This document shows positions 46,081 to 55,471 of a DNA stretch of 64,000 nt, one piece after another; the first letter of the stretch is position 1, and every line of letters starts with the position of its first letter. The stretch is from positions 11,551 through 75,550 of the forward strand of contig DASQJJ010000006.1 of the NCBI GenBank assembly GCA_035631115.1, given 5' to 3'. Below the pieces are notes generated by a model. It was not told the DNA's origin, made no database searches, and was given only the letters and a program-made list of their open reading frames with translations. The DNA comes from Candidatus Eiseniibacteriota bacterium. Its GTDB lineage: Bacteria; Patescibacteriota; Microgenomatia; Levybacterales; UBA12049. A program made the translations under genes and the position numbers.

Positions 46081-47128
46081 TTTGGGTAACTTTTTTATAT
46101 ACGTCTACTGTCTGATTTGCTGTTTTTTCCCATGAGAATTTTTTTGCTTGCAACAATCCCTTCTGGGACAATTTTTTTGCAAGCTGCCTATCACCAATCA
46201 CTTTCTGAATTGCTTGGGCCATAGCAGACACATCATAAGAGTCTACGATATATGCGCTGTCTCCCGCAACCTCTCTTAGAGATCCTTTACTACTGGTAAT
46301 AACCGGACATCCACTCTGCATAGCCTCTAGAATAGGCAACCCAAATCCTTCATACAACGAAGGCATAACAAATACACTTGCCAAATTGTATAATGCAATT
46401 AAATCCTCATCATCAACAAACCCCAAAAATCGGATTTGTTGACTATTTGCTTTTTGCAACGCTCTAACTTCCTTAATATCCTTCGCCCATTTATTTGAAA
46501 CATCTACAGATTCATCTACAAGAGATTTACCTACCATAACAAGGGGAATAGTTGTCCGCAAAACTGCCTTAACGAGAGTAGGCAAATTCTTATTCGGAGT
46601 TGCGTCTCCCACATACAACACAAATGAATCTGGCAATTTATATTTATTTTTAACTTGTGTCTTGTACTCTGTATCCTGCATCTTGTAAAAATGTTCATCT
46701 GCTGCAAGGTAAATACTGTCTATTCTTTCTGGCTTGATGTGCAAGAGTGTTTCTATATCTTTTTTGGAAGATTTTGAGTCGGTAATAATATTTCCAATCT
46801 TTCGTAAAGATCTTTTTTGCAAAAACCATATAAATTTTCCTTTTGGACCAATTGGGAAAAGGTTGGGAAAAAGTAAAGGTGTAACATCGTGCACTGTAAC
46901 AACTGTTTTTCTTTTTTCATTTAGTGGAAGCGTTAGGGAGAAAGGATCGAAGTATGGATAGTGGATAATATCTACGTCCCGAGGAATTGTCTTTTGATTG
47001 ATAAATTCAAAATAATCGTTTTCAGGATGATATTTTTTAAGCGAATTTAAGAGATTTTTTACATAAAATCCAACGCCTCGAATTGCATGCCCCGAGGAAA
47101 GTGGAGAAACATCTATTGCAACCTTCAT
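46070..47128 (-). CDS. GT4 glycosyltransferase (MtfB-like)
   Basis: [33 protein letters not shown]. Confidence 0.92.
   Translation of the reverse strand: MKVAIDVSPLSSGHAIRGVGFYVKNLLNSLKKYHPENDYFEFINQKTIPRDVDIIHYPYFDPFSLTLPLNEKRKTVVTVHDVTPLLFPNLFPIGPKGKFIWFLQKRSLRKIGNIITDSKSSKKDIETLLHIKPERIDSIYLAADEHFYKMQDTEYKTQVKNKYKLPDSFVLYVGDATPNKNLPTLVKAVLRTTIPLVMVGKSLVDESVDVSNKWAKDIKEVRALQKANSQQIRFLGFVDDEDLIALYNLASVFVMPSLYEGFGLPILEAMQSGCPVITSSKGSLREVAGDSAYIVDSYDVSAMAQAIQKVIGDRQLAKKLSQKGLLQAKKFSWEKTANQTVDVYKKVTQNER
46653..46687. repeat. degenerate heptamer array (TCTTGTA), in-frame in a GT4 linker
   Basis: ACTTGTG TCTTGTA CTCTGTA TCCTGCA TCTTGTA; encodes YKMQDTEYKTQ. Confidence 0.6.
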
Positions 47129-48093
47129 AGGTTTTCTTTGCTATAAAACTCCCACGCAGTCTTAACAATTGTCTCCAAATCTGAATGTTGGGGATTCCAT
47201 CCCATTACTTCTTTTGCCTTACTATTATCTGCAAGAAGCACTGCAGGATCCCCTGGTCTTCTGTGCTCTTGTATCATGTCTATATTGAGACCGGTTATTT
47301 TTTTTACCATTTCTACTACCTCTTTGTTGGAATATCCTTTATTCGTACCGAGATTAAATGCATTTGATGCATTAGATTTCTCAAGGTACTCAATTGCCAG
47401 GATATGAGCAGTTGCTAAATCTTCTACATGGATATAATCTCGTACACACGTCCCATCTTTTGTTGGATAGTCTGTGCCAAAGAGAGAAAATGGCTTTCCT
47501 TCCTGTGCTTTTTTTATTGCAACAGGAATAATATGCGTCTCTGGCATATGATTTTCCCCAATACTACCATCCAGGGATGCTCCTGCTGCATTGAAATAGC
47601 GAAGAGCAATGAATTTTATGTCTAATATTCTGTCGTACCATTCTAAGATTGTCTCAAACATTAACTTTGACTCTCCATACACATTTACAGGATTTTTTTT
47701 GTCGTCTTCTTTAATAGGCGTACTCTCTGGCATTCCAAAAATTGCAGCTGTGGAGGAGAAAACAATGTGTTTGATATTTCTTTTCTTCATATATTCAAGG
47801 AGATTAAGTCCGCCTTGCAAGTTGTTTTGGAAGTACTTGGCAGGGTCTTTCATGGACTCTGCCACGCTTAGGTGAGCTGCAAAATGAATAACACCATCAA
47901 AATCGTACGAATCCAGCTGAGACAAATCCTCAGGATGCAAGAGATCTCCTACAATTAGAGGACAGGAAACGACTTCTTTATGTCCTTGGATAAGATTGTC
48001 AAAAACAACTACCTCCATCCCCTTTTCAAGAAGTCTTTTTACCGTAACGCTTCCTATATATCCTGCACCGCCTGTTACTAGTATCTTTTTCAT
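47125..48093 (-). CDS. galE: UDP-glucose 4-epimerase
   Basis: VTGGAGYIGS, FSSTAA, YGESK, LRYFNAAGA, DGTCVRDYIHV. Confidence 0.93.
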   Translation of the reverse strand: MKKILVTGGAGYIGSVTVKRLLEKGMEVVVFDNLIQGHKEVVSCPLIVGDLLHPEDLSQLDSYDFDGVIHFAAHLSVAESMKDPAKYFQNNLQGGLNLLEYMKKRNIKHIVFSSTAAIFGMPESTPIKEDDKKNPVNVYGESKLMFETILEWYDRILDIKFIALRYFNAAGASLDGSIGENHMPETHIIPVAIKKAQEGKPFSLFGTDYPTKDGTCVRDYIHVEDLATAHILAIEYLEKSNASNAFNLGTNKGYSNKEVVEMVKKITGLNIDMIQEHRRPGDPAVLLADNSKAKEVMGWNPQHSDLETIVKTAWEFYSKENL

Positions 48094-48851
48094 GATTTTT
48101 TTAGGTATTTTTTATAACTAACAGCAAATCGAATAGACGAAAAGAAGGAAAAAATAACTCCCTGCCATCCATCAAGTATTGCTTTGTGTCGTATTGTTGT
48201 CCAGAAAAACCAAAAAATAGGTTTTCCTACCATATATTCTAGCATAGTAACAGGATCTTTGGATAAATTTTTGTCCTTGTACTGATTTGCGATAAAATCA
48301 GTATATCGATTAAATCGAAGCAAATACCTTTTAAATGACGGGTCTGCAATATGAATAAGTGGCTCGCGCAGATATCCTGTTTTGCCATTAACAACAGCTT
48401 GCTCATGCACGTCCTTTTGCGGCAGTTTTCCCAACCCATTCTTATACAGGCGTAGCGTGTAATCTGGATACACTCCACCTTTCATAAGAAATCTTCCCAA
48501 AAACCAATTCTTTCGAGGAATCCAATACCCTACCATGTCTGAATTCTCAATTTTTTCTCCAATTTCTTTTGCAAGCTGAGGTGTTACGCGTTCGTCTGCA
48601 TCAAGTTGCAAAATCCAATCTTTTGTTGCCATATCTATTGCCTTTTGCTTATTAACATGAAACATTGGATTATTCTCGGTAATTGTTACTTTTGCCCCGA
48701 ATTTTTTTGCAATTTCAACGGTATTATCCGTAGATGATCCGTCAACGATAATTATTTCGTCTGCAAAATTTTGTACTGATTCAAGACAATCAGACAAATT
48801 CTTTTCTTCGTTAAATGTGGCAAGTACTACAGAGACTGTTTGTTTTTTCAT
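48090..48851 (-). CDS. GT2 glycosyltransferase (KdtX/WaaE-like)
   Basis: VVLATFNEE, VDGSSTD, LDADER, YPDY..RL, VHE; start reassigned to 48851. Confidence 0.88.
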   Translation of the reverse strand: MKKQTVSVVLATFNEEKNLSDCLESVQNFADEIIIVDGSSTDNTVEIAKKFGAKVTITENNPMFHVNKQKAIDMATKDWILQLDADERVTPQLAKEIGEKIENSDMVGYWIPRKNWFLGRFLMKGGVYPDYTLRLYKNGLGKLPQKDVHEQAVVNGKTGYLREPLIHIADPSFKRYLLRFNRYTDFIANQYKDKNLSKDPVTMLEYMVGKPIFWFFWTTIRHKAILDGWQGVIFSFFSSIRFAVSYKKYLKKS

Positions 48852-48853
48852 AT

Positions 48854-50470
48854 TTACTTGGAAAATCTTTTTAATAGAAACAAAAACAATAATCCACCAA
48901 TACCAATAAGAGAAAGAATATCTCCAAACAACCGAAATTTGGACTCCTGATAAGCTACAGATACCGTGTGTGTCCCATCTGGAACAAGAAATGTCATTAG
49001 TCCTCGATACATTGGGTCCTGAAACTCTACGCCAACTTGTTTTCCATCCACTGTTACCCTCCACCCAGGAAAATACAATGTATTTTCTAAAAGTCTACTT
49101 TCTCCCTGAGAGGAAACAATGTAGGAATGCATTGTGACAAAACGTTTCTCTTGTGTGACGAGTGCATTCCCTGATATTGGCTCTAAGGGCTTGTCAAATC
49201 TTCCTAGCATAAATCGCACAGACCATACTGGAGCACTTTCTCCTGTATCTGTTGTGCTATTGTATATACCTGTAAAAAATGATTCAGGCTTTTCTGCATA
49301 AGATTTTGCATGAAAATACTCTCTACTTAAGAAGAGCAGAATACAACAGAGAGATACTACAACAACATATTTTTTTACTCCGGATATTTGTGCTACACAA
49401 AATCCTCCAAGAAGAGAAATAGTAACAACTGGAACCGCCAAAAATCTCCATGGAAATTGAAAGTTTTGCAGGAGCATTACTTTTTGCCAAATAAATTGAG
49501 CATATGGAAGCATAAGAAAAATTGCTGCAGCAGTATATAGAATAAGCCCTCCGAGAAAAACTCTTTTTACTTTTTCTTTTTTCCAAAACCTGAGTAGCAA
49601 TACTATACTTGCAACAAGTACAATCCAGTACACAATGCCAAGTTGCATGCTTGGCGTACCATAGCTCCATTTCCCATAGAAAAGCTGCGAAAAATCAACA
49701 AATCTACTTGCGTATTCTCCTTTTGTTACAATATTCCGAAGTGTATATTGACCTTCTAGAAGAGCCGGAACCCAGAAGAAACTGCTCAAAAGAAATCCAA
49801 AAAAAATACTACCAAATAACCATATCATTGTTTTTCTTTTCCACGTATCAAGCCAGATGAGATAAAGCATATATATAATTAGTAAGGGCGTTACCATAAG
49901 GGCAATTGCATTATGAGACAAAATAAGTAGCGCTACGGAAATCGATGCAAAGATGAATCTAGATAGCGTCTTCTTTTCAAAAACAAGATACATTCCCAGT
50001 AGAGCAAGTGGAATAAAGACAAAAGCAACATGCTCACCAATATCTCCGCGTACGTATAAATCAACAAAACGATAGGGTGCGTACATATATAATATTCCCG
50101 AAACAATACCAGATGTGTATCCCCATTGTTTTTGGGCAAACAGATACATTCCTACGCCAGATGCAATCATTGCGATTGCAAAGACAAGCTTTGTGCTTTC
50201 CACAAATGAAAACCCAAAGAAATGGAGGAGGGACGCAACATATGAAGGGAATGGATACAAGAATTCAAGAATGGGATGCCCATATCCCCAATTTAAATTT
50301 TCTGCCCATCTGGGGATAAGTATTCCTTCAGATAAATTCTGATAAAAATTTGCTATTCTGGCAATGTGATCCTGCCCATCATGGGTAACAGCAAATCCTG
50401 GATGCAATAAGTCCACAATAGCAAGTAGTCCAAAAAGCAAAACTATTAGTACAGATATTCTTGAAATCAT
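48854..50470 (-). CDS. GT-C/YfhO-related membrane protein
   Basis: THDG..H, PRWA..LNWGYG.P, YVRGDIGE, FQFPWRFL, YFPGW; start reassigned to 50470. Confidence 0.78.
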   Translation of the reverse strand: MISRISVLIVLLFGLLAIVDLLHPGFAVTHDGQDHIARIANFYQNLSEGILIPRWAENLNWGYGHPILEFLYPFPSYVASLLHFFGFSFVESTKLVFAIAMIASGVGMYLFAQKQWGYTSGIVSGILYMYAPYRFVDLYVRGDIGEHVAFVFIPLALLGMYLVFEKKTLSRFIFASISVALLILSHNAIALMVTPLLIIYMLYLIWLDTWKRKTMIWLFGSIFFGFLLSSFFWVPALLEGQYTLRNIVTKGEYASRFVDFSQLFYGKWSYGTPSMQLGIVYWIVLVASIVLLLRFWKKEKVKRVFLGGLILYTAAAIFLMLPYAQFIWQKVMLLQNFQFPWRFLAVPVVTISLLGGFCVAQISGVKKYVVVVSLCCILLFLSREYFHAKSYAEKPESFFTGIYNSTTDTGESAPVWSVRFMLGRFDKPLEPISGNALVTQEKRFVTMHSYIVSSQGESRLLENTLYFPGWRVTVDGKQVGVEFQDPMYRGLMTFLVPDGTHTVSVAYQESKFRLFGDILSLIGIGGLLFLFLLKRFSK

Positions 50471-50475
50471 ATGTA

Positions 50476-52110
50476 TTACTCCCTTATTGTCCATGCATAC
50501 AGTGATGGTTGTCCATCAAGACTATAAAAGACTTCCTTAATTATAGTATTTTTCCTTTTTGTATTGGTAACATACAATGTGTCTTTTTTTGTTGGATTGG
50601 GACCAATCATATGAAAGTATATGGTATCAATAACATGCGTTTCTTGAAATCCACCTGATTTTGTACCACCATTTTTTATGTACCTTGCTGGATCATACAT
50701 ACTATTAAAGAGGTAGAGCATATATGACTGATATCCATTATTTCTATTTGTTATGTCTACATATTGGTATGCGTTTTTTTCTTTTACAACATACGTCATT
50801 GCCTTACTTAACGCATACTGAAATGACTCTGATTGTCTTATGGGGAATACTACAAAATAGTTTACGATGAATTGATATAACCCACTCAGTACGACAACTG
50901 AGAAAAGCAGTACAAAACCAAAATATACTGGCCTGCTATGTTTTTGTAAAAATGACAAACTCATATTAATACCTAATGCAGTAATAATTTGAGGCACAGG
51001 AAGAAGCGTGTATGCTCTCATTGCGTGCGGAGCTTGTGTCGTAAGACCAGGTGCCAAAAAGTCTATCCCTGTCCATGCAAGAAGAAGTACGGTAACTTTC
51101 TTATTAATGCTTTTCGAAAGAAAAAGCAGGAAGATTCCTATGAAAAGAAATGGCGCCTCCCATACGTAAAGAAGTCCAGTATTAGGCGCTTTAAACTGCT
51201 CATCTCCAGAATTACCAAAAAGCCAAGGAAGACTAAAGTGAGAAAGATAGTTTTGAATGAAAATTTCCCCAGTGATAACTCTTCTATTATTAAGTATTTC
51301 ACCTATGTAGTTATTATGTTGCTTTGCATATAAGATATCTTTTGCTGATTGTGCGTACCGTGGATTATCGGTAAAAACTGATGTTCCTTTTAGACGGATA
51401 AGTCCACCTGGAGACAATGAAACAACAACCATTGGAATACTAATAAGTATGAATAATGCAAATCCTACAAGTGCATGTTTTTTTACTTCCAGAATATTTT
51501 TCCAAAAAAGAATAATAAGCACAAAAAGAATGCATGGAGTGAATACCTTTTCACTTTGATATCCGTAAAAGGTTAACCCAAAAAAAAGAAAAGATCCCAT
51601 GAGAGTCCATGGATTTTTACTCCTTAAAAAAGAGGTGAAAAGAAGGAGTGCTACTACAACTAAGGTTAATCCCAAATTTACTTCGTGACCAAGTCTTGAT
51701 AGATATATATGCCATGGGGAAATTGCTAAAAGAAACATAGCAAGCAGTGCAATGTATTCCTTTTTTTTGTGAGTTACTAAAAGATTCTTAGTAAGAAAAT
51801 ATGTCATAATAACTGTTGCAATAGACATAATTACAGAAGGAAGTCTTACAGACAGAACCTGAAGACCAAATATTTTTACGAAAGGAATTACCGTGTACAC
51901 ATACAATGCAGGTCTATAATCATCATATGCACGAAGAAGTATGGGCAGGAAGTATCCATACTCATCTCTTCCAGTATGGAGAATTGAGTATGCATTCCAA
52001 CCAATAGTCGCTTCATCTAGAGATGCGCTCGGCGGAATTAATGACAGAAATGAAAATCGAAGAGCAATTGCCAAAAGTATAATAAAAACAAAAAGTATTT
52101 TTCTTACCAT
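50476..52110 (-). CDS. GT-C (PMT_2/ArnT-like) glycosyltransferase, paralog 1
   Basis: PPSASLDEATIGWNAYSILHTGRDEYG, DYRP, SPWH..SR, PHAMR. Confidence 0.85.
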   Translation of the reverse strand: MVRKILFVFIILLAIALRFSFLSLIPPSASLDEATIGWNAYSILHTGRDEYGYFLPILLRAYDDYRPALYVYTVIPFVKIFGLQVLSVRLPSVIMSIATVIMTYFLTKNLLVTHKKKEYIALLAMFLLAISPWHIYLSRLGHEVNLGLTLVVVALLLFTSFLRSKNPWTLMGSFLFFGLTFYGYQSEKVFTPCILFVLIILFWKNILEVKKHALVGFALFILISIPMVVVSLSPGGLIRLKGTSVFTDNPRYAQSAKDILYAKQHNNYIGEILNNRRVITGEIFIQNYLSHFSLPWLFGNSGDEQFKAPNTGLLYVWEAPFLFIGIFLLFLSKSINKKVTVLLLAWTGIDFLAPGLTTQAPHAMRAYTLLPVPQIITALGINMSLSFLQKHSRPVYFGFVLLFSVVVLSGLYQFIVNYFVVFPIRQSESFQYALSKAMTYVVKEKNAYQYVDITNRNNGYQSYMLYLFNSMYDPARYIKNGGTKSGGFQETHVIDTIYFHMIGPNPTKKDTLYVTNTKRKNTIIKEVFYSLDGQPSLYAWTIRE

Positions 52111-52111
52111 A

Positions 52112-53788
52112 TTACTCACCTCTTACAATTTCTATAGCTCCCTCATTGTTAAGGTACTCTATCCTCTTAAGTGCTGTAGTACTCTCCGAAAAATCACTTG
52201 GTCTACCAACATAAAGAATATTTGAATCTTTCTTTTCGTCTTTCCAGTTGATTGGGCGGAATTCATATTTTCCGAAAGAGTGATTTTCTCGAAATCCGCC
52301 AGATGCAAAGCGTGTTTCTTTTTGATATAAGTTTGGGTCATAACGCAAGTAAAATAAGAAAAACATGTACGACTGATCTAGTGGTGGCTGATTGGAAACA
52401 ATAACGTGCTTAGCAGGTAATTTCGAAATAGTTGCTATTGCTTCCTGATACCCATACTGCCAATCTAGCGAATTATAGTAATTTTGTTGAACAAAATATT
52501 GGTCCAGGAAATATATAAAATTAAAAAGAAAAATGCAAAATGAAAAAAGAATGACTAAATATTTAATTTGTATTTTTGCTATGTGGTATGTACTTCTTAG
52601 TAACTTTTCAAAAACAGTAAAGACTCCAAATGCGATAAATATTTGGAAAGTGGGAAGAAAATTAAGAGTTCGTACCGCATGAGGAACTCCTGTTGTAACT
52701 GATGCAGGAAGTGGAGCAAGTAAAAACCACCCAAATATAAAAATCTTTGTGTTAAGGGAATATTTTGAAAAAAGAAAACAATATATACCAATAAGCAGAA
52801 ATGGTAATTCCCAAAGATACAACAATCCCATAAATGGTGCGTGGTGTCTACTCACATCCCCATTAAGAAAAAGCCACCGCAGGTCAAAATGCGTTAGGTA
52901 ATTTGCAATAATCTCCTTTCCATATATAACGCGCCTATTATCAATGAGTAGGCCTACATAATCATGATTCTCTTTGTCTTGTCTGACTCTCAGGCTTGTT
53001 TGTGTCGAATTGCTCGTATCGGAAAATACAGAAACACCTTTTGCACGGGCCAGCGCATTGGTATTAGTTGCTAAATAAAATCCTAATGGCATAACAAGAA
53101 TAAGTCCAACAAGAATAGAAGAGAAAAGATACTTTTTTGAAACCTTCTTTATATTGTTAAAAGAAATAAAAATAAGAAGGCAGACGAAAAGTGGAACAAA
53201 AACTTTTTCACTTTGATATACATATAACGACGCGACAAAAGCAATTACGGACAAAGGCAATAGGTAGTACTTCTGCATTCCTTTGAGAAAAAAATATGCT
53301 CCAATAATATTAAGAGATAAACCAACATTAGATTCAAATCCAATTCTTGAAAATTGTATATGCCAGGGTGAAAGCGCTAAGAGAAGCGCAATAAGGAAAG
53401 ATAATTTATTATTATGGAATAGGTCCCTGCATAAAAAATAAACAACAACCACAGTTGTTATACCAAAAAGAATTGACGGCATTCTCACCGCCTCTATACT
53501 GAGTCCAAAAATAAAAAGGGATGGAATAATAAGATAGCTATAGAGCGCGGGTTTGTAATCATCAAATGATCGAAGCACTATTGGCATAAATTGACCATAT
53601 TCGTCTCTTCCCGTGTGCAAAATAGAGTAAGCATTGTATCCCAGGGCTGCTTCATCCCAATCTGGCGAAGGAGGCACATGCCCAACCAGAAATAGACGCA
53701 GAGCAGAAGTTACAATAATTAAAAGTATTACGAGAAAATATGTTTTTGTTATTTGAAATTTGAAATTTGAAATTTGAAATTTTTTCAT
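52112..53788 (-). CDS. GT-C (PMT_2/ArnT-like) glycosyltransferase, paralog 2
   Basis: PPSPDWDEAALGYNAYSILHTGRDEYG, DYKP, SPWH..SR, PHAVR. Confidence 0.85.
   Translation of the reverse strand: MKKFQISNFKFQITKTYFLVILLIIVTSALRLFLVGHVPPSPDWDEAALGYNAYSILHTGRDEYGQFMPIVLRSFDDYKPALYSYLIIPSLFIFGLSIEAVRMPSILFGITTVVVVYFLCRDLFHNNKLSFLIALLLALSPWHIQFSRIGFESNVGLSLNIIGAYFFLKGMQKYYLLPLSVIAFVASLYVYQSEKVFVPLFVCLLIFISFNNIKKVSKKYLFSSILVGLILVMPLGFYLATNTNALARAKGVSVFSDTSNSTQTSLRVRQDKENHDYVGLLIDNRRVIYGKEIIANYLTHFDLRWLFLNGDVSRHHAPFMGLLYLWELPFLLIGIYCFLFSKYSLNTKIFIFGWFLLAPLPASVTTGVPHAVRTLNFLPTFQIFIAFGVFTVFEKLLRSTYHIAKIQIKYLVILFSFCIFLFNFIYFLDQYFVQQNYYNSLDWQYGYQEAIATISKLPAKHVIVSNQPPLDQSYMFFLFYLRYDPNLYQKETRFASGGFRENHSFGKYEFRPINWKDEKKDSNILYVGRPSDFSESTTALKRIEYLNNEGAIEIVRGE
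53752..53779. repeat. perfect tandem repeat (TTTGAAA)4 just after a start codon
   Basis: Four identical 7-mers; coding strand ATG AAA AAA (TTTCAAA)4, giving MKKFQISNFKFQI. Confidence 0.9.
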
Positions 53789-55392
53789 AGTGTATATGCA
53801 ACCAGCGATGGTTGACCATTTTGTAAAAGAAATTTCTTAAGGACAATTGCATGCTCTGGTAATTCAGATGGGCTAACAATGTACAGCGTATTCTTCATTG
53901 CAACAATCTCTTTAGGAAAATTGTATTTCCCTACTTTCTCAACATTCACAAATCCAAATGCATCTCTTGTTATTGTACTTGTCGCTCTAAATGTAGTGGG
54001 ATTAATTTTTTCATAGAAAAGAGTATACATGTATGGTCTGCCAAGTGCAGAAGTAAAAACCACGTGTGCATACTCGTTGTCGTGTGTTTTTGCATAGAGT
54101 AGTGCATCTTTATATCCATCTTGCCATTCTCCAGAAAATTCTCTCGAATAATGAGCATAATATCCATGAAGGAAGTAAAAAACAGACAGGGTAAATAATC
54201 CTAAAAATACAGATAACACAATCTTTCTCTGTTTTTTAAAGAAAAAGGATATTTCGACAAGCCCAACTGCACTTAGTATTTGCCAAGTAGGCAAAGCTCC
54301 TTCTGTACGCAAGGCATGTGGCGTCTCCCTAGCAACACCTGCGGGAATAATTGCCAAGAGTAACCAAACAGGAACAATCCACCAGTAATCAATTCTTTTT
54401 CGAAAAAGAAATAAAATACTCACAATAAGTAGTGGTATATCAAGAAGATACAACTGCCCAACATCTCGTGTTGAAAATTTTGGATTTCCATCTCCTGAGA
54501 TAAAGAGAAATGAAGGGTTAAGATTGTCTAAATAGTGTTGTATGTATGCAATACTATAAATAAGCCTTCTATTGTGAATTACTTTTGACCACACTGCATT
54601 TTTATCATTGGCAATTTCCTGATTGGACTGTTTTACAAGTCCAACATCAGAAAAAATATTTACCTCGTTATATCGAAGCTTTGACTGGGGAGAAAGAAAA
54701 AAATGTATGGCAGGTATAAGGAGGATTACACCAATAAGGCTAGCAATACCAACGAGTTTTTTATAATGCAAGATTTGCTTCCAAAATGAAAAGGCAAGAA
54801 GCATTACTAAAAGTGGCGCAACAATACGGGCACTATTGAATGTATACATTGAGAGTATAAAAGATGTTAAAGAAAGAAAAAGAAAAATTGATTTTTTATC
54901 TTGTATCCAAGACACATAAAGCCAGACGCCTACTGCAATAAAAAATGTTGCTATATTTGCCTCAAAGGCGGCCCGAGAAAGCATAATATGCCAAGGAGAT
55001 ACAGCAAGAAATAAGCTTGCCGCAAGACCATACCACTCCTTCTTACTAGATGAAAAGAAAATACGTTTTGTAAGGAAATATGTTACCAATACCATGAGAG
55101 TCCCAAAAAAAGCAGAGGAAAAGCGTGTAGCAAATTCAGTTAATCCAAATACTTTTATTGGAAGTACTTCTAGATATGCATAGATTGGAGGCTTATAGTC
55201 ACCATATGATTCAAGATAATCTAAAGGAAGAAATCGTCCAAACTCATCTTTTCCATCAATTCCTAACGAATATGCATTGTACCCCCAAGCAACCTCGTCC
55301 CATGTGAGTGATGGCGGGAGAGTGCTAAGCTGCCAAAATCTTAAAAAACCCGCTAGAAGCACTATCCCAATAAGTAAGATTGTAGTCTTCAC
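53785..55392 (-). CDS. GT-C (PMT_2/ArnT-like) glycosyltransferase, paralog 3
   Basis: PPSLTWDEVAWGYNAYSLGIDGKDEFG, DYKP, SPWH..SR, PHALR; GTG start. Confidence 0.85.
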   Translation of the reverse strand: MKTTILLIGIVLLAGFLRFWQLSTLPPSLTWDEVAWGYNAYSLGIDGKDEFGRFLPLDYLESYGDYKPPIYAYLEVLPIKVFGLTEFATRFSSAFFGTLMVLVTYFLTKRIFFSSSKKEWYGLAASLFLAVSPWHIMLSRAAFEANIATFFIAVGVWLYVSWIQDKKSIFLFLSLTSFILSMYTFNSARIVAPLLVMLLAFSFWKQILHYKKLVGIASLIGVILLIPAIHFFLSPQSKLRYNEVNIFSDVGLVKQSNQEIANDKNAVWSKVIHNRRLIYSIAYIQHYLDNLNPSFLFISGDGNPKFSTRDVGQLYLLDIPLLIVSILFLFRKRIDYWWIVPVWLLLAIIPAGVARETPHALRTEGALPTWQILSAVGLVEISFFFKKQRKIVLSVFLGLFTLSVFYFLHGYYAHYSREFSGEWQDGYKDALLYAKTHDNEYAHVVFTSALGRPYMYTLFYEKINPTTFRATSTITRDAFGFVNVEKVGKYNFPKEIVAMKNTLYIVSPSELPEHAIVLKKFLLQNGQPSLVAYTL

Positions 55393-55471
55393 TATCCTTT
55401 TATTATAGCGTAAGATATACTATTGGAAAGTGTTTCTTTTTAAGAAAAACTATATGCTCTGAGAGGAGTCC
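55393..55471. promoter_or_regulatory. divergent promoter/RBS region
   Basis: Minus TATAAT (55407-55402) 9 nt before GTG 55392; plus-strand GAGAGGAG just before ATG 55472. Confidence 0.45.

Noticed and set aside
16242-53779. Heptamer arrays as CRISPR or DGR repeats
   Set aside because: No repeat-spacer structure, no cas genes, no reverse transcriptase, and no template/variable repeat pair seen.
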